Sequence record: NC_052657.1
Direction: 5' to 3' (one strand)
Length of the DNA stretch: 64,000 bases
Source: Escherichia phage muut
The translations under genes and the position numbers were made by a program. The notes beneath the pieces are model-generated. The model saw only the letters and a list, made by a program, of their open reading frames with translations, ran no database searches and had not been told where the DNA came from. Below are positions 1 through 10,024 of the stretch, in pieces; positions within the stretch are counted from its first letter, which is position 1, and each line of letters begins with the position of its first letter.

Positions 1-2
1 GC

Positions 3-884
3 TTCCTGTCTTCTATTGTAGCTGGTCGTGTTACACCAGAAGAATATGAAGATGTTGCATATTATACCGTTCTAACTATTGATAATGTTATTGAAACAAT
101 GCAGTATCCGTTTAAACATAACGAAATCACTGCTAAAGCACGTAGGTCTATCGGTGTAGGTATTACAAACCTGGCACATTATCTGGCAAGTAATTTTGTT
201 ACTTATTCAGATCCTTACGGCAAAAAACTAATTCACGAATTAGCAGAAAGACATTATTACTGGTTAGCAAGAGCTTCTCTTCGTTTGGCAAAAGAGAAAG
301 GTAATGCAGAATGGATGCATAAAACCAAATGGCCTGAAGGATGGTTGCCTATTGATACCTACGCTAAAGCTGTAGACGATATTGGCAATTTTAAACTTAA
401 AATGGATTGGGAAGGTTTACGACAAGATATCATTGCACAAGGTGGTATCCGAAATAGCGTATTAGCAGCTATTGCTCCAAATGAGTCCAGTAGTCTTGTA
501 AGTAATACGACTAACTCTGTGTATCCTGTACGTGATACTATAGTTTATAAACAAAGCCAAAAGGGTAATGTTCTGTTTATTGTGCCAGACTACGATAAAC
601 TAAAAGATATTTACCAATCGGCTTGGGATACACCAGATAAAGATATGGCTGAAGCATATGGACTGTTGACTAAATTCTTAGATCAAGGTGCATCATGTGA
701 TAAGTGGATTGACTATTCTAAGATGGAAGGTGGTCGTTTATCCATTAAATCAGAAATGCAATATATTCTTCAGTTTGCAAAACTTGGTGGTAAATCTTTG
801 TACTATCTAAATAGCAGAACAAAATCGGCAACCTCACTCGCTCAAGAGGATGAAGAATCCGGTTGTGAGGCTTGTAAGATGTAA
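3..884 (+). CDS. nrdA: Ribonucleotide reductase class Ia large subunit, C-terminal part (5' end outside window)
   Basis: Frame open from window start; C-terminal CxxC tail (ESGCEACKM) typical of NrdA; followed by nrdB. Confidence 0.8.
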   Translation, partial: FLSSIVAGRVTPEEYEDVAYYTVLTIDNVIETMQYPFKHNEITAKARRSIGVGITNLAHYLASNFVTYSDPYGKKLIHELAERHYYWLARASLRLAKEKGNAEWMHKTKWPEGWLPIDTYAKAVDDIGNFKLKMDWEGLRQDIIAQGGIRNSVLAAIAPNESSSLVSNTTNSVYPVRDTIVYKQSQKGNVLFIVPDYDKLKDIYQSAWDTPDKDMAEAYGLLTKFLDQGASCDKWIDYSKMEGGRLSIKSEMQYILQFAKLGGKSLYYLNSRTKSATSLAQEDEESGCEACKM

Positions 885-924
885 TGAAACTAGGGGGCTT
901 TGTCCCCCTTTCTTAAGGAGGAAT

Positions 925-1260
925 ATGCCTACATTAGTTGTATTACCTGGGGCAACACCACAAAGACGCTGGGGAAATTATACACTGGTAGATAGTAAAG
1001 ATTTTACATTCGATTGGTGTTGTCATTATATTGCAGGTTTTCAATTTTCCAGTGTTGAAATATGGGCTTCCAATGATCCCATAGCTACCTGGTATGCTTT
1101 AACCAGAGCAAGGTATGAGGGAGAGGTTACTATACTACTCACAAAGAGTGTATGGGACGCATTAGAGAAGGCTTACCTAGAGGATGGTATGGAGAGAGAA
1201 CACATTGATACAATAAAAGCAATGTGTGATATTGTGGAGGATTTAAATGGCAGCAATTAA
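925..1260 (+). CDS. hypothetical protein (111 aa)
   Basis: ATG at 925 preceded by AAGGAGG; ORF-track start 850 lies inside nrdA. Confidence 0.5.
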   Translation: MPTLVVLPGATPQRRWGNYTLVDSKDFTFDWCCHYIAGFQFSSVEIWASNDPIATWYALTRARYEGEVTILLTKSVWDALEKAYLEDGMEREHIDTIKAMCDIVEDLNGSN

Positions 1261-2332
1261 CTTATACAACGACACTTACAAAGAAGGTTTCTACCCTGTA
1301 TTTTTGGGAGAACAGTTAGGTATTTTTGATTCTATTAATGTAACATACCCAGAAATGCATCGTCTGTACAAACTACAAAAACAGCAAGATTGGGATGAAA
1401 ACGAAGTAAACTTAGATCAGACACGAAAAGATTTCGTAGCTTGTTCTAAAAGCAACTATGATGTTATGATCAAAAACCTATCCTTCCAATGGGAAAATGA
1501 TTCACTTGCTAAATCAATCATCACTTTGTTTGCACCATTTTTAAGCAACAACGAAGCATGTGCAATGATGATGAAGCAATCAGAAATGGAAGTTTTACAC
1601 GCTTTGACATATTCTGAAATTATTCGTCAGTGTATCCCTAATCCAAATGAAGTTATCGATCAGATTATGGAGAATGAAAGAATCTTCCAGAGGATGGGTA
1701 TAGTTGAAGAGATAATGAGTGATCTGGCAGAGGCAGGACATAAATATGCTCTAGGTCTGATTGAGAAGGATGATAACCTTCGTCTACTGATTCTGAAAGG
1801 AATGATTGCACTTATCGGTCTGGAAGGCATTCAATTCATATCATCTTTTGCTGCAACATTTGCCTTAGCAGAGCAGCAACTGTTTGTAGGTGCAGCTAAA
1901 CTCATTCAAAAAATTATGTTGGATGAACTATTGCACGTTAAAATGGATTATGCTATTATTGATGCACTGCTGAAAGATCCTGTCTGGAGAAAAGTATACG
2001 AAGATAATATCGACGTTCTGACAGAAATTCTTGACACAGTAGTTGGACAAGAGGAAGATTGGTGTGACTATCTGTTTAGTGAAGGAAGGATTATCGTTGG
2101 TGGTAACGCAGAGTTGTTCAAACTTTGGGTTTACTTCAATGCTGCGCCTATCTATCGCAGACTGAAAATGAAACACAAATTCCGTGCACCGAAGAAAAGT
2201 CCACTACCTTGGATGGATGTTTGGTTAAATCCAGATCAAATTCAAGCAGCAGCACAGGAGATCCAAATTACAGCTTACAAACTGAATTCAGCAAATAAAG
2301 ACGTAAGTGATGACGAGGAGTTAGACTTTTAA
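1247..2332 (+). CDS. nrdB: Ribonucleotide reductase class Ia small subunit
   Basis: 361 aa; di-iron/tyrosyl-radical region (EGIQFISSFA), position after nrdA. Confidence 0.9.
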   Translation: MAAINLYNDTYKEGFYPVFLGEQLGIFDSINVTYPEMHRLYKLQKQQDWDENEVNLDQTRKDFVACSKSNYDVMIKNLSFQWENDSLAKSIITLFAPFLSNNEACAMMMKQSEMEVLHALTYSEIIRQCIPNPNEVIDQIMENERIFQRMGIVEEIMSDLAEAGHKYALGLIEKDDNLRLLILKGMIALIGLEGIQFISSFAATFALAEQQLFVGAAKLIQKIMLDELLHVKMDYAIIDALLKDPVWRKVYEDNIDVLTEILDTVVGQEEDWCDYLFSEGRIIVGGNAELFKLWVYFNAAPIYRRLKMKHKFRAPKKSPLPWMDVWLNPDQIQAAAQEIQITAYKLNSANKDVSDDEELDF

Positions 2333-2550
2333 TGAAACTACTTTGTGTTGGATTAATTTCTGACTTCAAAGACGTTTTCGAAAAGGGAGCCTCTTATGAG
2401 GCTTCCGAATTACAGAATGGTTTCTGTGATGTTTACGGTAAACGTTTAAAAAAGAATGGTGATCATTGGCTAGGAGTTATGTCTTGCGGTCACATTATAG
2501 TTAATGGTGTAGCCAAGTTTGAAATTATCAAAGGAGAAAAAGATGATTGA
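2332..2550 (+). CDS. hypothetical protein (72 aa)
   Basis: ORF start overlaps nrdB stop; no motif recognised. Confidence 0.4.
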   Translation: MKLLCVGLISDFKDVFEKGASYEASELQNGFCDVYGKRLKKNGDHWLGVMSCGHIIVNGVAKFEIIKGEKDD

Positions 2551-2725
2551 TTTTGTTGATGTAGATATTAATTCTGACTTAACAGAAGATGAAGGTGGCG
2601 CTTTTGTGTGTTCAGATGGGGAAAAATGTTTTACTCTGATGGTAGAAACTTATGATGGTATCACAGAAATTCTGTTAACAGAGAATGAGTTAAAACAGAT
2701 GTTAGAAAAGATTGAGGAGCTTTAA
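2543..2725 (+). CDS. hypothetical acidic protein (60 aa)
   Basis: ATG with AAAGGAG RBS 24 nt inside ORF-track ORF 2519..2725. Confidence 0.45.
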   Translation: MIDFVDVDINSDLTEDEGGAFVCSDGEKCFTLMVETYDGITEILLTENELKQMLEKIEEL

Positions 2726-2727
2726 TA

Positions 2728-2874
2728 ATGGATGATGTAAGTATTTGTCCTATCTGCGGCGGCACTGGGAATTTTATTGTTAGTATGGAACAATTTATTC
2801 CTTGTTGGAATTGTAACGGCTTAGGTTTCGTTCATACAGAAGAAAAAGAAGAAGAGGAAGATAGTGGGAGTTGA
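2728..2874 (+). CDS. small zinc-ribbon protein (48 aa)
   Basis: CPICGG...CWNCNG two CxxC pairs; below the ORF-track size cut-off. Confidence 0.4.
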   Translation: MDDVSICPICGGTGNFIVSMEQFIPCWNCNGLGFVHTEEKEEEEDSGS

Positions 2875-3190
2875 TATTGCATGGCGTATGTTACAGGGTG
2901 CACCTTTTAATAAATGGGAAGAGGCTGTAGGAGAAGATCCTAGAATTGAAGAAGAATTTGATGGAGATTTTAATTGGTTCTTACAAGAAGGTCTTGATTT
3001 AAGCCGTATCTCACCTTTCTATGACGCTGATGCATCTTATTGCATATATGGGATTTATTTAGAAGGTGGCGAAGGAAGTATAGCTGTAGATCTTGAGCAA
3101 CTAAATAAGAATGCAAAAGAAGCCTACGCACAACTTCTTGAAAAATATAACATTGAAACGGAAACTATTATTTCTCAACACGTTTGGTAA
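2864..3190 (+). CDS. hypothetical protein (108 aa)
   Basis: GTG start with GAGGAA RBS; alternative ATG at 2888. Confidence 0.4.
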   Translation: MGVDIAWRMLQGAPFNKWEEAVGEDPRIEEEFDGDFNWFLQEGLDLSRISPFYDADASYCIYGIYLEGGEGSIAVDLEQLNKNAKEAYAQLLEKYNIETETIISQHVW

Positions 3191-3203
3191 GGAGGATAGT
3201 AGA

Positions 3204-3401
3204 ATGATGCTAGATCAACTGATCAATGCTCCTCGCGTAACAGTAAGTCCAAAAACATTTGCATCACTTTTAGAAGATGCTAGAGAGGTTTATAACTTTA
3301 CTGAAGAAGAGCTTCCTGTTCCTGTTAAAAAAGGTTCCAGATGGTTGTTTTATGAAGGTATTATTTTTACTGAAGGGAATAATTGGAAGGAGACTAAATG
3401 A
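3204..3401 (+). CDS. hypothetical protein (65 aa)
   Basis: ATG preceded by AAGGAGG; ORF-track 3111 start overlaps previous gene. Confidence 0.5.
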   Translation: MMLDQLINAPRVTVSPKTFASLLEDAREVYNFTEEELPVPVKKGSRWLFYEGIIFTEGNNWKETK

Positions 3402-4387
3402 AATACTTAGTAACAGGTGGTTTAGGCTTTATTGGAAGTGCGGTAGTTCGTTTCCTGGCTAAAAACACTAAGAATGATATTTACGTTATAGATAAATGGG
3501 GTTACGCTTCAGACCCTAGAAATTTATCAGAAACACCTAATGTAAAGTTTTGTCGTGTTGACTTGACAAATGCTCAGTTAACTGCTAAGATTGTGGCAGA
3601 TGTTAATCCAGATTATATAATGCATCTTGCAGCAGAAAGTCACGTAGATAATTCAATAGCATCACCGAGTGTTTTTATAAATTCAAATATTGTTGGAACA
3701 TTTAATCTTCTAGAAGCTGTTCGTTTAATGGGAGATAAATCAAATCTTAAAATGTTTCATCATATTTCAACAGATGAAGTGTATGGTGATCTGGAAGAAG
3801 GGGATTATCCGTTTACAGAACAGAATCCTTATAAGCCAAGTAGTCCATATGCTGCATCTAAGGCAGCAAGCGATCATTTGGTAAGAGCGTGGCATCGTAC
3901 TTATGGTATTCCGACAGTTATAACAAATTGTTCAAATAATTTTGGAGCGTATCATCATCCAGAAAAACTAATACCTAAAACGATAACAAATATTTTGATG
4001 CATAAACCAATCCCTGTTTATGGCAATGGTCTTCAAGTAAGAGATTGGTTATACGTTGACGATCACGCAGAAGCATTACACCTAGTAGTAACTAAAGGCA
4101 AATCTGGAGAAACATATAATATTGGGAGCAGAAACCCTAGAACTAATATTGATGTAATCTATATGATTTGTGATTATATGGATGCGGTGTATCCATCTGA
4201 AACAGATGCTTGTAGCCTCATTGAGATGGTTACAGATAGGCCTGGGCATGATTTAAGATATGAAGTGAATCCTTATAAGATTGAAAAGGAATTAGGGTGG
4301 AAAGCTAAAGGCACATTTGAAGAAAAACTTTATTCAACCATTGATTGGTATGTAGATAACAAAGAGTGGTGGGAAAATAAAGTTTAA
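3398..4387 (+). CDS. rmlB: dTDP-glucose 4,6-dehydratase
   Basis: 329 aa; N-terminal GGLGFIGS Rossmann motif, YAASK catalytic YxxxK. Confidence 0.9.
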   Translation: MKYLVTGGLGFIGSAVVRFLAKNTKNDIYVIDKWGYASDPRNLSETPNVKFCRVDLTNAQLTAKIVADVNPDYIMHLAAESHVDNSIASPSVFINSNIVGTFNLLEAVRLMGDKSNLKMFHHISTDEVYGDLEEGDYPFTEQNPYKPSSPYAASKAASDHLVRAWHRTYGIPTVITNCSNNFGAYHHPEKLIPKTITNILMHKPIPVYGNGLQVRDWLYVDDHAEALHLVVTKGKSGETYNIGSRNPRTNIDVIYMICDYMDAVYPSETDACSLIEMVTDRPGHDLRYEVNPYKIEKELGWKAKGTFEEKLYSTIDWYVDNKEWWENKV

Positions 4388-4395
4388 GGAGGAGT

Positions 4396-5265
4396 ATGAA
4401 AGGTATTATCTTAGCAGGTGGTAGTGGAACAAGACTTTACCCAGTTACTAAAGGGGTTAGTAAACAACTATTACCAATTTACGATAAACCTATGATTTAT
4501 TATCCACTCTCTGTCCTAATGCTTTCTGGAATTAGGGAAATACTAATAATTACGACACCAGAAGATCAAATTAATTTTGTAAATCTTCTAGGTGATGGTT
4601 CTTCTTTTGGTATTTCCCTACAGTATGCAATACAGGACAACCCAAAAGGTTTAGCAGAAGCGTTTATTATTGGTGAGAGCTTTATTGGTGAAGATTCTGT
4701 AGCACTTGTTCTAGGTGATAATTTGTTCTTTGGTCAGAGTTTTGGTAGCATTTTAGATTCTGCTAAAGAACATATTGAAAAGAATGGTGGAGCTAATATT
4801 TTTGGGTATCACGTAAATGATCCTGAAAGATTTGGTGTTGTTGAGTTTGATTCTGAAGGTACAGTGGTAAGTATTGAAGAAAAACCAAAAGCACCAAAAA
4901 GCAATTATGCAATTACAGGCTTGTACTTTTACGATAATTCTGTTATACAGAAAGCTAAAAGCGTTAAACCTTCTGCTAGAGGGGAATTAGAGATCACAGA
5001 TATAAATGAGATGTACTGGAAAGAAAAGACTTTACGTGTCTGTAAACTAGGAAGAGGTTTCACTTGGCTGGATACAGGAACACATGAAAGTCTTATGGAA
5101 GCATCTCAATTTGTTCATGCAATAGAAAAGCAACAAGGTATGAAGGTTGCATGCCTGGAAGAGATTGCTTTTAAAAATGAATGGATTACTTTAGACTCTG
5201 TAAAAAGTTCTGGAGAGGTTTTAAGTAAAACAGACTACGGTAAGTATTTACTTAAATTAAAATAA
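4396..5265 (+). CDS. rmlA: glucose-1-phosphate thymidylyltransferase
   Basis: 289 aa; N-terminal [14 protein letters not shown] nucleotidyltransferase signature. Confidence 0.9.
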   Translation: MKGIILAGGSGTRLYPVTKGVSKQLLPIYDKPMIYYPLSVLMLSGIREILIITTPEDQINFVNLLGDGSSFGISLQYAIQDNPKGLAEAFIIGESFIGEDSVALVLGDNLFFGQSFGSILDSAKEHIEKNGGANIFGYHVNDPERFGVVEFDSEGTVVSIEEKPKAPKSNYAITGLYFYDNSVIQKAKSVKPSARGELEITDINEMYWKEKTLRVCKLGRGFTWLDTGTHESLMEASQFVHAIEKQQGMKVACLEEIAFKNEWITLDSVKSSGEVLSKTDYGKYLLKLK

Positions 5266-5277
5266 AGGGGGAATTAA

Positions 5278-5832
5278 ATGATTCAAGCAACAAAAATCGA
5301 AGATTTGTTGATCATTCAACCTGACGTTTACGGAGATGAACGTGGTTTTTTCTTAGAAAGTTTTAATCAGGCTTTATATGATCAATACATAGGTAAACAA
5401 AACTTTGTCCAAGATAACCATTCACGTTCTATTCGAGGAGTTCTACGTGGGCTTCATTTTCAAAAGAAAAACCCACAAGGGAAGTTAGTACGTTGTGTTC
5501 GTGGTGAAGTTTATGATGTTGCTGTAGATATTAGGGTTGATAGTCCAACATTTGGAGAATGGGTAGGTGTTCTCTTATCTGAAAAGAATAAAACACAATT
5601 TTGGATTCCTCCTGGTTTCGCTCATGGCTTTGTTGTGATTAGTGACATTGCTGATTTTGAATATAAATGTACAGAATATTACGATCCGACTTCAGAGTGT
5701 AGTCTTGCGTGGAATGATCCAGATATCAATATTGATTGGGGTTTTGATTTAATCTTTAATGATATTAATTTTAAACCTATCTTGTCACAAAAAGATCAGG
5801 AAGCCAAAACACTAAAGGAGATCATATTTTGA
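5278..5832 (+). CDS. rmlC: dTDP-4-dehydrorhamnose 3,5-epimerase
   Basis: 184 aa cupin-type; RGLHFQ and DERGFFLE segments typical of RmlC. Confidence 0.85.
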   Translation: MIQATKIEDLLIIQPDVYGDERGFFLESFNQALYDQYIGKQNFVQDNHSRSIRGVLRGLHFQKKNPQGKLVRCVRGEVYDVAVDIRVDSPTFGEWVGVLLSEKNKTQFWIPPGFAHGFVVISDIADFEYKCTEYYDPTSECSLAWNDPDINIDWGFDLIFNDINFKPILSQKDQEAKTLKEIIF

Positions 5833-6659
5833 CAAAATTTTTAATCTTTGGTTCAAAAGGTCAATTAGGACAATCTTTGGCAAAAGTTGCACCAGAAGAT
5901 GTTATTTTGATTGAAGCAAGTGATATAGACATTACCAACTTTAAAGATGTTATGAATAGTCTTGTACAGCACGTGCCTGATGTTGTTGTGAATTGTGCGG
6001 CTTACACGGCAGTAGATAAAGCTGAAGAAGATGTTAACACCTGTATAAATGTTAATGCATACGGTGCAACAAACATTGCCAAAGCATGTAATGATTTACT
6101 GATACAGTTTGTACATATTTCAACAGACTATGTTTTTGATGGGCATGTTGCTGGCACAGAAGATAGTAAAACAAACCCCTTGAACACCTACGGTTACAGT
6201 AAACAATTAGGTGAAACTTTAGTACAAACAGTTTGTCCTACAGCACTTATTATCAGAACAGCTTCTGTTTATAGTGAATTTGGACATAACTTTTTGAAAA
6301 CTATGTTGGAACGCTACAACGGTGGTCAAAAAGAATTTAATGTAGTATGTGATCATTTATCATGTCCTACTTATGCACCTGATCTTGCAGAAACAATTTT
6401 TAAACTTGTAAAAGATGGTGTAAATAGTAAAATTGTACACTATGCAGGTGCAGATTATATTTCTTGGTATGATTTTGCACGAAAGATATTTCTTGTTATA
6501 GATTTATCTGTTACAGTTAATCCTGTATCTGCTTCAACCTATAATTCCAAAGCAGTCAGACCAGCAACATCTTATTTAAAAACAGATCCTACTTTAAATC
6601 CGCGAAGTGTTGATAGCGGTATTGTAAGAACTTTAACTATACTTTTAAACAAGGAGTGA
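5829..6659 (+). CDS. rmlD: dTDP-4-dehydrorhamnose reductase
   Basis: 276 aa; N-terminal FGSKGQLGQ Rossmann motif; last gene of rml operon order. Confidence 0.8.
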   Translation: MTKFLIFGSKGQLGQSLAKVAPEDVILIEASDIDITNFKDVMNSLVQHVPDVVVNCAAYTAVDKAEEDVNTCINVNAYGATNIAKACNDLLIQFVHISTDYVFDGHVAGTEDSKTNPLNTYGYSKQLGETLVQTVCPTALIIRTASVYSEFGHNFLKTMLERYNGGQKEFNVVCDHLSCPTYAPDLAETIFKLVKDGVNSKIVHYAGADYISWYDFARKIFLVIDLSVTVNPVSASTYNSKAVRPATSYLKTDPTLNPRSVDSGIVRTLTILLNKE

Positions 6660-6922
6660 AAATGAATTTTATTATCTACGGTAAACCAAATTGTCCTTTC
6701 TGCACTAACGCTAAGATTCTACTAGAACAGCGTGAACAGGATTTTAAATACCTTACCTTAGATGAAGACTATTCTTTAGATCAGATTCAGACTCTGGTCT
6801 TAGAGAAAACAGGTGTTCTACCACGTACATTTCCTCAGATTTTTGTGGAAGATGGTGAACAGCTAACCCACGTAGGAGGTTTTTCTGAACTACGTGAATT
6901 CATGGCTCAGATTGCGGAGTAA
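6656..6922 (+). CDS. nrdC: glutaredoxin/thioredoxin-like redoxin (RNR hydrogen donor)
   Basis: 88 aa; CPFC active site; GGF near C-terminus. Confidence 0.8.
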   Translation: MKMNFIIYGKPNCPFCTNAKILLEQREQDFKYLTLDEDYSLDQIQTLVLEKTGVLPRTFPQIFVEDGEQLTHVGGFSELREFMAQIAE

Positions 6923-6926
6923 CAAT

Positions 6927-7070
6927 ATGAAAGGTAAACAGAAACGTAAGATCTTTTCTCGTGCTTTGGCAACAGAGCTTAAGTCCCAAACTAAAAAGAC
7001 GAAGCCTAAACGTGAAATGTCTCCTGAACACCTACTGTTTCAAGAGCTAGATCATGGGGAGGGCGACTAA
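6927..7070 (+). CDS. small basic protein (47 aa)
   Basis: ATG 4 nt after nrdC stop; lysine/arginine rich; below ORF-track cut-off. Confidence 0.3.
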   Translation: MKGKQKRKIFSRALATELKSQTKKTKPKREMSPEHLLFQELDHGEGD

Positions 7071-7082
7071 TATAAGGAAAAC

Positions 7083-7583
7083 ATGGCTAAAGTAGTTGAT
7101 GTGTTTGATATGTTACGTTTTGATGAAGGACTAAAGCTAACTGTATATCCTGATACCGAAGGGTATTGGACAGTTGGTATTGGACACCTTCTGACAAAAC
7201 TCAAAGATAAAGCAGAAGCTATACGTATTCTTGATAACTTAGTAGGTAGAAAAACCAATGGGGTTATTACTGAAGCGGAAGCTAGAAGAATCTTTGAGAG
7301 TGACGTAAAGAAAGCGATACAACAAATCCATTCAAGTGCCATATTATCTCCTATTTACGATAAAGTAAGTCCTAATCGTAAAATGGCTATTATTAATATG
7401 GTATTTCAAATGGGATTGAAAGGTGCAGAATCTTTCAAAAATAGCTTGACTTTAGTGAGTAATTCATATTATACTCAAGCCTCTATAAATTTACGTAAAA
7501 GTAAATGGTATCGCCAAACGCCTAATCGCGCAGAGCGTGTAATTCAGGTACTTAAAACTGGAACATTAGACGCTTATAACTAA
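7083..7583 (+). CDS. e: T4-type lysozyme (endolysin)
   Basis: 166 aa; FDMLRFDEGLKL...DTEGYWTVGIGHLLTK matches T4 gpe N-terminus with catalytic Glu/Asp/Thr. Confidence 0.9.
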   Translation: MAKVVDVFDMLRFDEGLKLTVYPDTEGYWTVGIGHLLTKLKDKAEAIRILDNLVGRKTNGVITEAEARRIFESDVKKAIQQIHSSAILSPIYDKVSPNRKMAIINMVFQMGLKGAESFKNSLTLVSNSYYTQASINLRKSKWYRQTPNRAERVIQVLKTGTLDAYN

Positions 7584-7585
7584 AC

Positions 7586-7607
7586 AAAGGGGCGAAAGCC
7601 CCTTTTA
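7586..7607 (+). terminator. rho-independent terminator
   Basis: GGGGC-GAAA-GCCCC hairpin followed by TTTT. Confidence 0.6.
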
Positions 7608-7621
7608 TAAGGAGTGCAAAC

Positions 7622-8374
7622 ATGGGAAATAAAACCGCAAAGGCTCGTCGTCAATCAGCAGCCAATGATGACAAACGTGCCAGTCGTTATGCGGCTAAAG
7701 CAGTAGGAAATGATGATTACCGTCTTGATGAATTTACCCCTGTTGGGAATCAAGAAGCTATTGTAAGAAGCATGGTTTGGAATGATTTAACCATTGTTAA
7801 TGCCCCAGCAGGAACAGGAAAAACGACAACAGCACTATGGAAAGCATTGCAAATGCTTAAAGCTGGTGATTTCAGAAAGTTGATTTTCCTTAAAAACCCG
7901 ACAGAAGTAGGTGATGATCAAATTGGTTTCTTATCTGGAGATAAGACTGATAAACTAGCAGCACATTACGAATCAACTAAAAGAATTTTCCAACAGTTTA
8001 TGACTGCAAATAAATTGGAAAACGATATTGCAAGTGGCAAAATTGAACTTAATATTCCAAACTATGCACTAGGTGCTACGTGGGATAACAGCATTATTCT
8101 TATTGATGAAGTTCAACTTATGTCACCAAATACAGTAAAACTTCTCCTTGAGCGAGCAGGTCTTAATACACGTATTGTCATTATGGGTGATGTTAATCAA
8201 ACATATGCAATTAAACGAAGAGCTAATGGGTTAGGTGATTTGTTAGATCGTGTTGTTCCTATTAACGAAGAAGGAGAAAGGGAAGCTATTGTAGATTTTA
8301 TTGGTTATGTTGAAATGACAACTGCTGATAACCAACGTTCCCGTTTGTCTCAGTTCATCACGGAAGTATATTAA
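7622..8374 (+). CDS. phoH: PhoH-like ATPase
   Basis: 250 aa; Walker A GTGKTTTA; size and context as in T4-like phages. Confidence 0.85.
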   Translation: MGNKTAKARRQSAANDDKRASRYAAKAVGNDDYRLDEFTPVGNQEAIVRSMVWNDLTIVNAPAGTGKTTTALWKALQMLKAGDFRKLIFLKNPTEVGDDQIGFLSGDKTDKLAAHYESTKRIFQQFMTANKLENDIASGKIELNIPNYALGATWDNSIILIDEVQLMSPNTVKLLLERAGLNTRIVIMGDVNQTYAIKRRANGLGDLLDRVVPINEEGEREAIVDFIGYVEMTTADNQRSRLSQFITEVY

Positions 8375-8410
8375 TAATTACAAGGCAAGGATGCCTGTTA
8401 TGGAGGTTAA

Positions 8411-8902
8411 ATGACGCTAATTGAGATTGATCGCAATGGTATTGATGAATGCTATCAAGCTGGCTTAGTTAAGCCGAATGAGTTTAGACAGATTTATATT
8501 GACAAGATTGAAAAAGAAATATCTCTTCGTTTAGAGAACATGGCAACTTTGCAAAAAGTTCAGATGTTTTTTAGTTGGTTGAAAGGAGAGGATTGGCTAA
8601 CTAAATATTACCAGGAATTATCTGATAGTCAAGAAGGCTTGTTTGAGTGTATAATAAATGTAGCTGGGTCTAATTCAGAGTTACTCCTGATTGATGAAGA
8701 AGATTCTAAACTTCTTTTTCTTAGCAGTATTTTTCACAAGAAATCTATGTTAGTAAGAAATTGCAGTGATTTACTAAATCATCCACTAACAAGAACTAAT
8801 AAAATTCTTGTGGATAAAGAAACACTAAGAGCTATTGATTACCTCCGTAAATATGTAAGCGGTGGTAAAGCAGTCCTTAAAACACTACAGGAGGAAGTAT
8901 AA
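8411..8902 (+). CDS. hypothetical protein (163 aa)
   Basis: GGAGG RBS; no motif recognised. Confidence 0.5.
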   Translation: MTLIEIDRNGIDECYQAGLVKPNEFRQIYIDKIEKEISLRLENMATLQKVQMFFSWLKGEDWLTKYYQELSDSQEGLFECIINVAGSNSELLLIDEEDSKLLFLSSIFHKKSMLVRNCSDLLNHPLTRTNKILVDKETLRAIDYLRKYVSGGKAVLKTLQEEV

Positions 8903-9555
8903 TGACAACAATTATTGCAACACGTAACAAAATTTTGTCTGACGGTAAGGTAACAGTAGGTAGTCGTGTAGACACTTTAAACTTCAAGAAAGTGCGTAAA
9001 ATTGGGGACTACCTTGTTGGTGGTGCAGGACGTCTGTCTTCTATCCTGACTTTCTTTTCTTGGTTTGAACAAAACTTACAATGCCAGGCAGCACAAGAGA
9101 CAATCCCAGGTTTGGTGATCCAGTCAGATCCCGATAAAGAAGATGAAGAGTTTGTGGCATTGGTTGTTCATCCAGACGGTAAAATTTATATGCACGAGGG
9201 TAATAATCCAACGCGAGCATATCCTTTAACTGAAGATTATTATGCTGTTGGTAGTGGGGCAGATTTTGCTTTAGCAGCTTTAGATGCAGGGGCAACTCCA
9301 GAAGAAGCGATGGAAGTTGCAAAACTGCGAGATGCTTTTTCCGGCGGTGAAACTTTTATCGAAGAGATCGAAGAACAACTGGAGTTAACAGCGGAAGATA
9401 TTCTGAACTTCAGCAAGGAGCAACTAATTAGTATGCTGTTGACTGGTGATCCTGATAGCGATGAAGCTGAAAGTATTTTAGCAGAAATGAAAGAATCACA
9501 AGAAAAAGTATTGACAGTCTCTGAAAAACTTGATAAAGTGTCCTCTGATAATTAA
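8902..9555 (+). CDS. HslV/proteasome-beta-like peptidase
   Basis: N-terminal MTTII (Thr nucleophile after Met), GG.G and AVGSGADFALAAL segments. Confidence 0.5.
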   Translation: MTTIIATRNKILSDGKVTVGSRVDTLNFKKVRKIGDYLVGGAGRLSSILTFFSWFEQNLQCQAAQETIPGLVIQSDPDKEDEEFVALVVHPDGKIYMHEGNNPTRAYPLTEDYYAVGSGADFALAALDAGATPEEAMEVAKLRDAFSGGETFIEEIEEQLELTAEDILNFSKEQLISMLLTGDPDSDEAESILAEMKESQEKVLTVSEKLDKVSSDN

Positions 9556-9565
9556 TCTAGTATAA

Positions 9566-9585
9566 ACCCCCTCAAGGGGGTTATT
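9566..9585 (+). terminator. terminator-like hairpin
   Basis: CCCCCT-CAA-GGGGG hairpin then TTATT; directly before next RBS. Confidence 0.35.
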
Positions 9586-9595
9586 AGGAGGAGAT

Positions 9596-10024
9596 ATGTT
9601 ACCAGTACCTGTAACCTTTGTAGAAAAAGCCTACTACTCTTTAGAACAAAACTGTAAAAGAGCTAAAAATTTTATTGAAAGTTTAGCAGAACAGCGTTAC
9701 ACTGTATCTAAAAAGGGATGGTTCAGAACTTCACAATATTCAGTCAACCCTTTCGGAGAAGTTCGTGTGTTGTACGGCAACACAGAAAATATCTTAGAAA
9801 GAATGTTAGAACTAGATAGGATCTCCTCCTGTGATTATCAACTGTTGAAATTTTACGATGTGTCAGAAAACATTAAAAACTTTCTTGACGATTTATGTAA
9901 ACGAAAAACAGAAGAAGATACAATACCAGTATCTATGGAAGAATTAACGTTCTTAAGAGATATTATGGTTTTTGAAGAAAACCCTGAAATCACAAAAGAG
10001 GAGATTTTAAGTAGTGGCAAATAA
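9596..10024 (+). CDS. hypothetical protein (142 aa)
   Basis: GGAGG RBS; no motif recognised. Confidence 0.5.
   Translation: MLPVPVTFVEKAYYSLEQNCKRAKNFIESLAEQRYTVSKKGWFRTSQYSVNPFGEVRVLYGNTENILERMLELDRISSCDYQLLKFYDVSENIKNFLDDLCKRKTEEDTIPVSMEELTFLRDIMVFEENPEITKEEILSSGK

Noticed and set aside
1928-2176. Minus-strand ORF inside nrdB and similar antisense ORFs within long genes (e.g. 9041..9322, 11168..11479, 16190..16444, 44776..45165, 55361..55862)
   Set aside because: Embedded antisense to well-supported genes, lacking RBSs; typical spurious frames.
9566-9585. Hairpin after the HslV-like gene as a strong terminator
   Set aside because: The hairpin is good but the U-tract is weak and the next RBS follows at once; kept only as a low-confidence terminator/attenuator.
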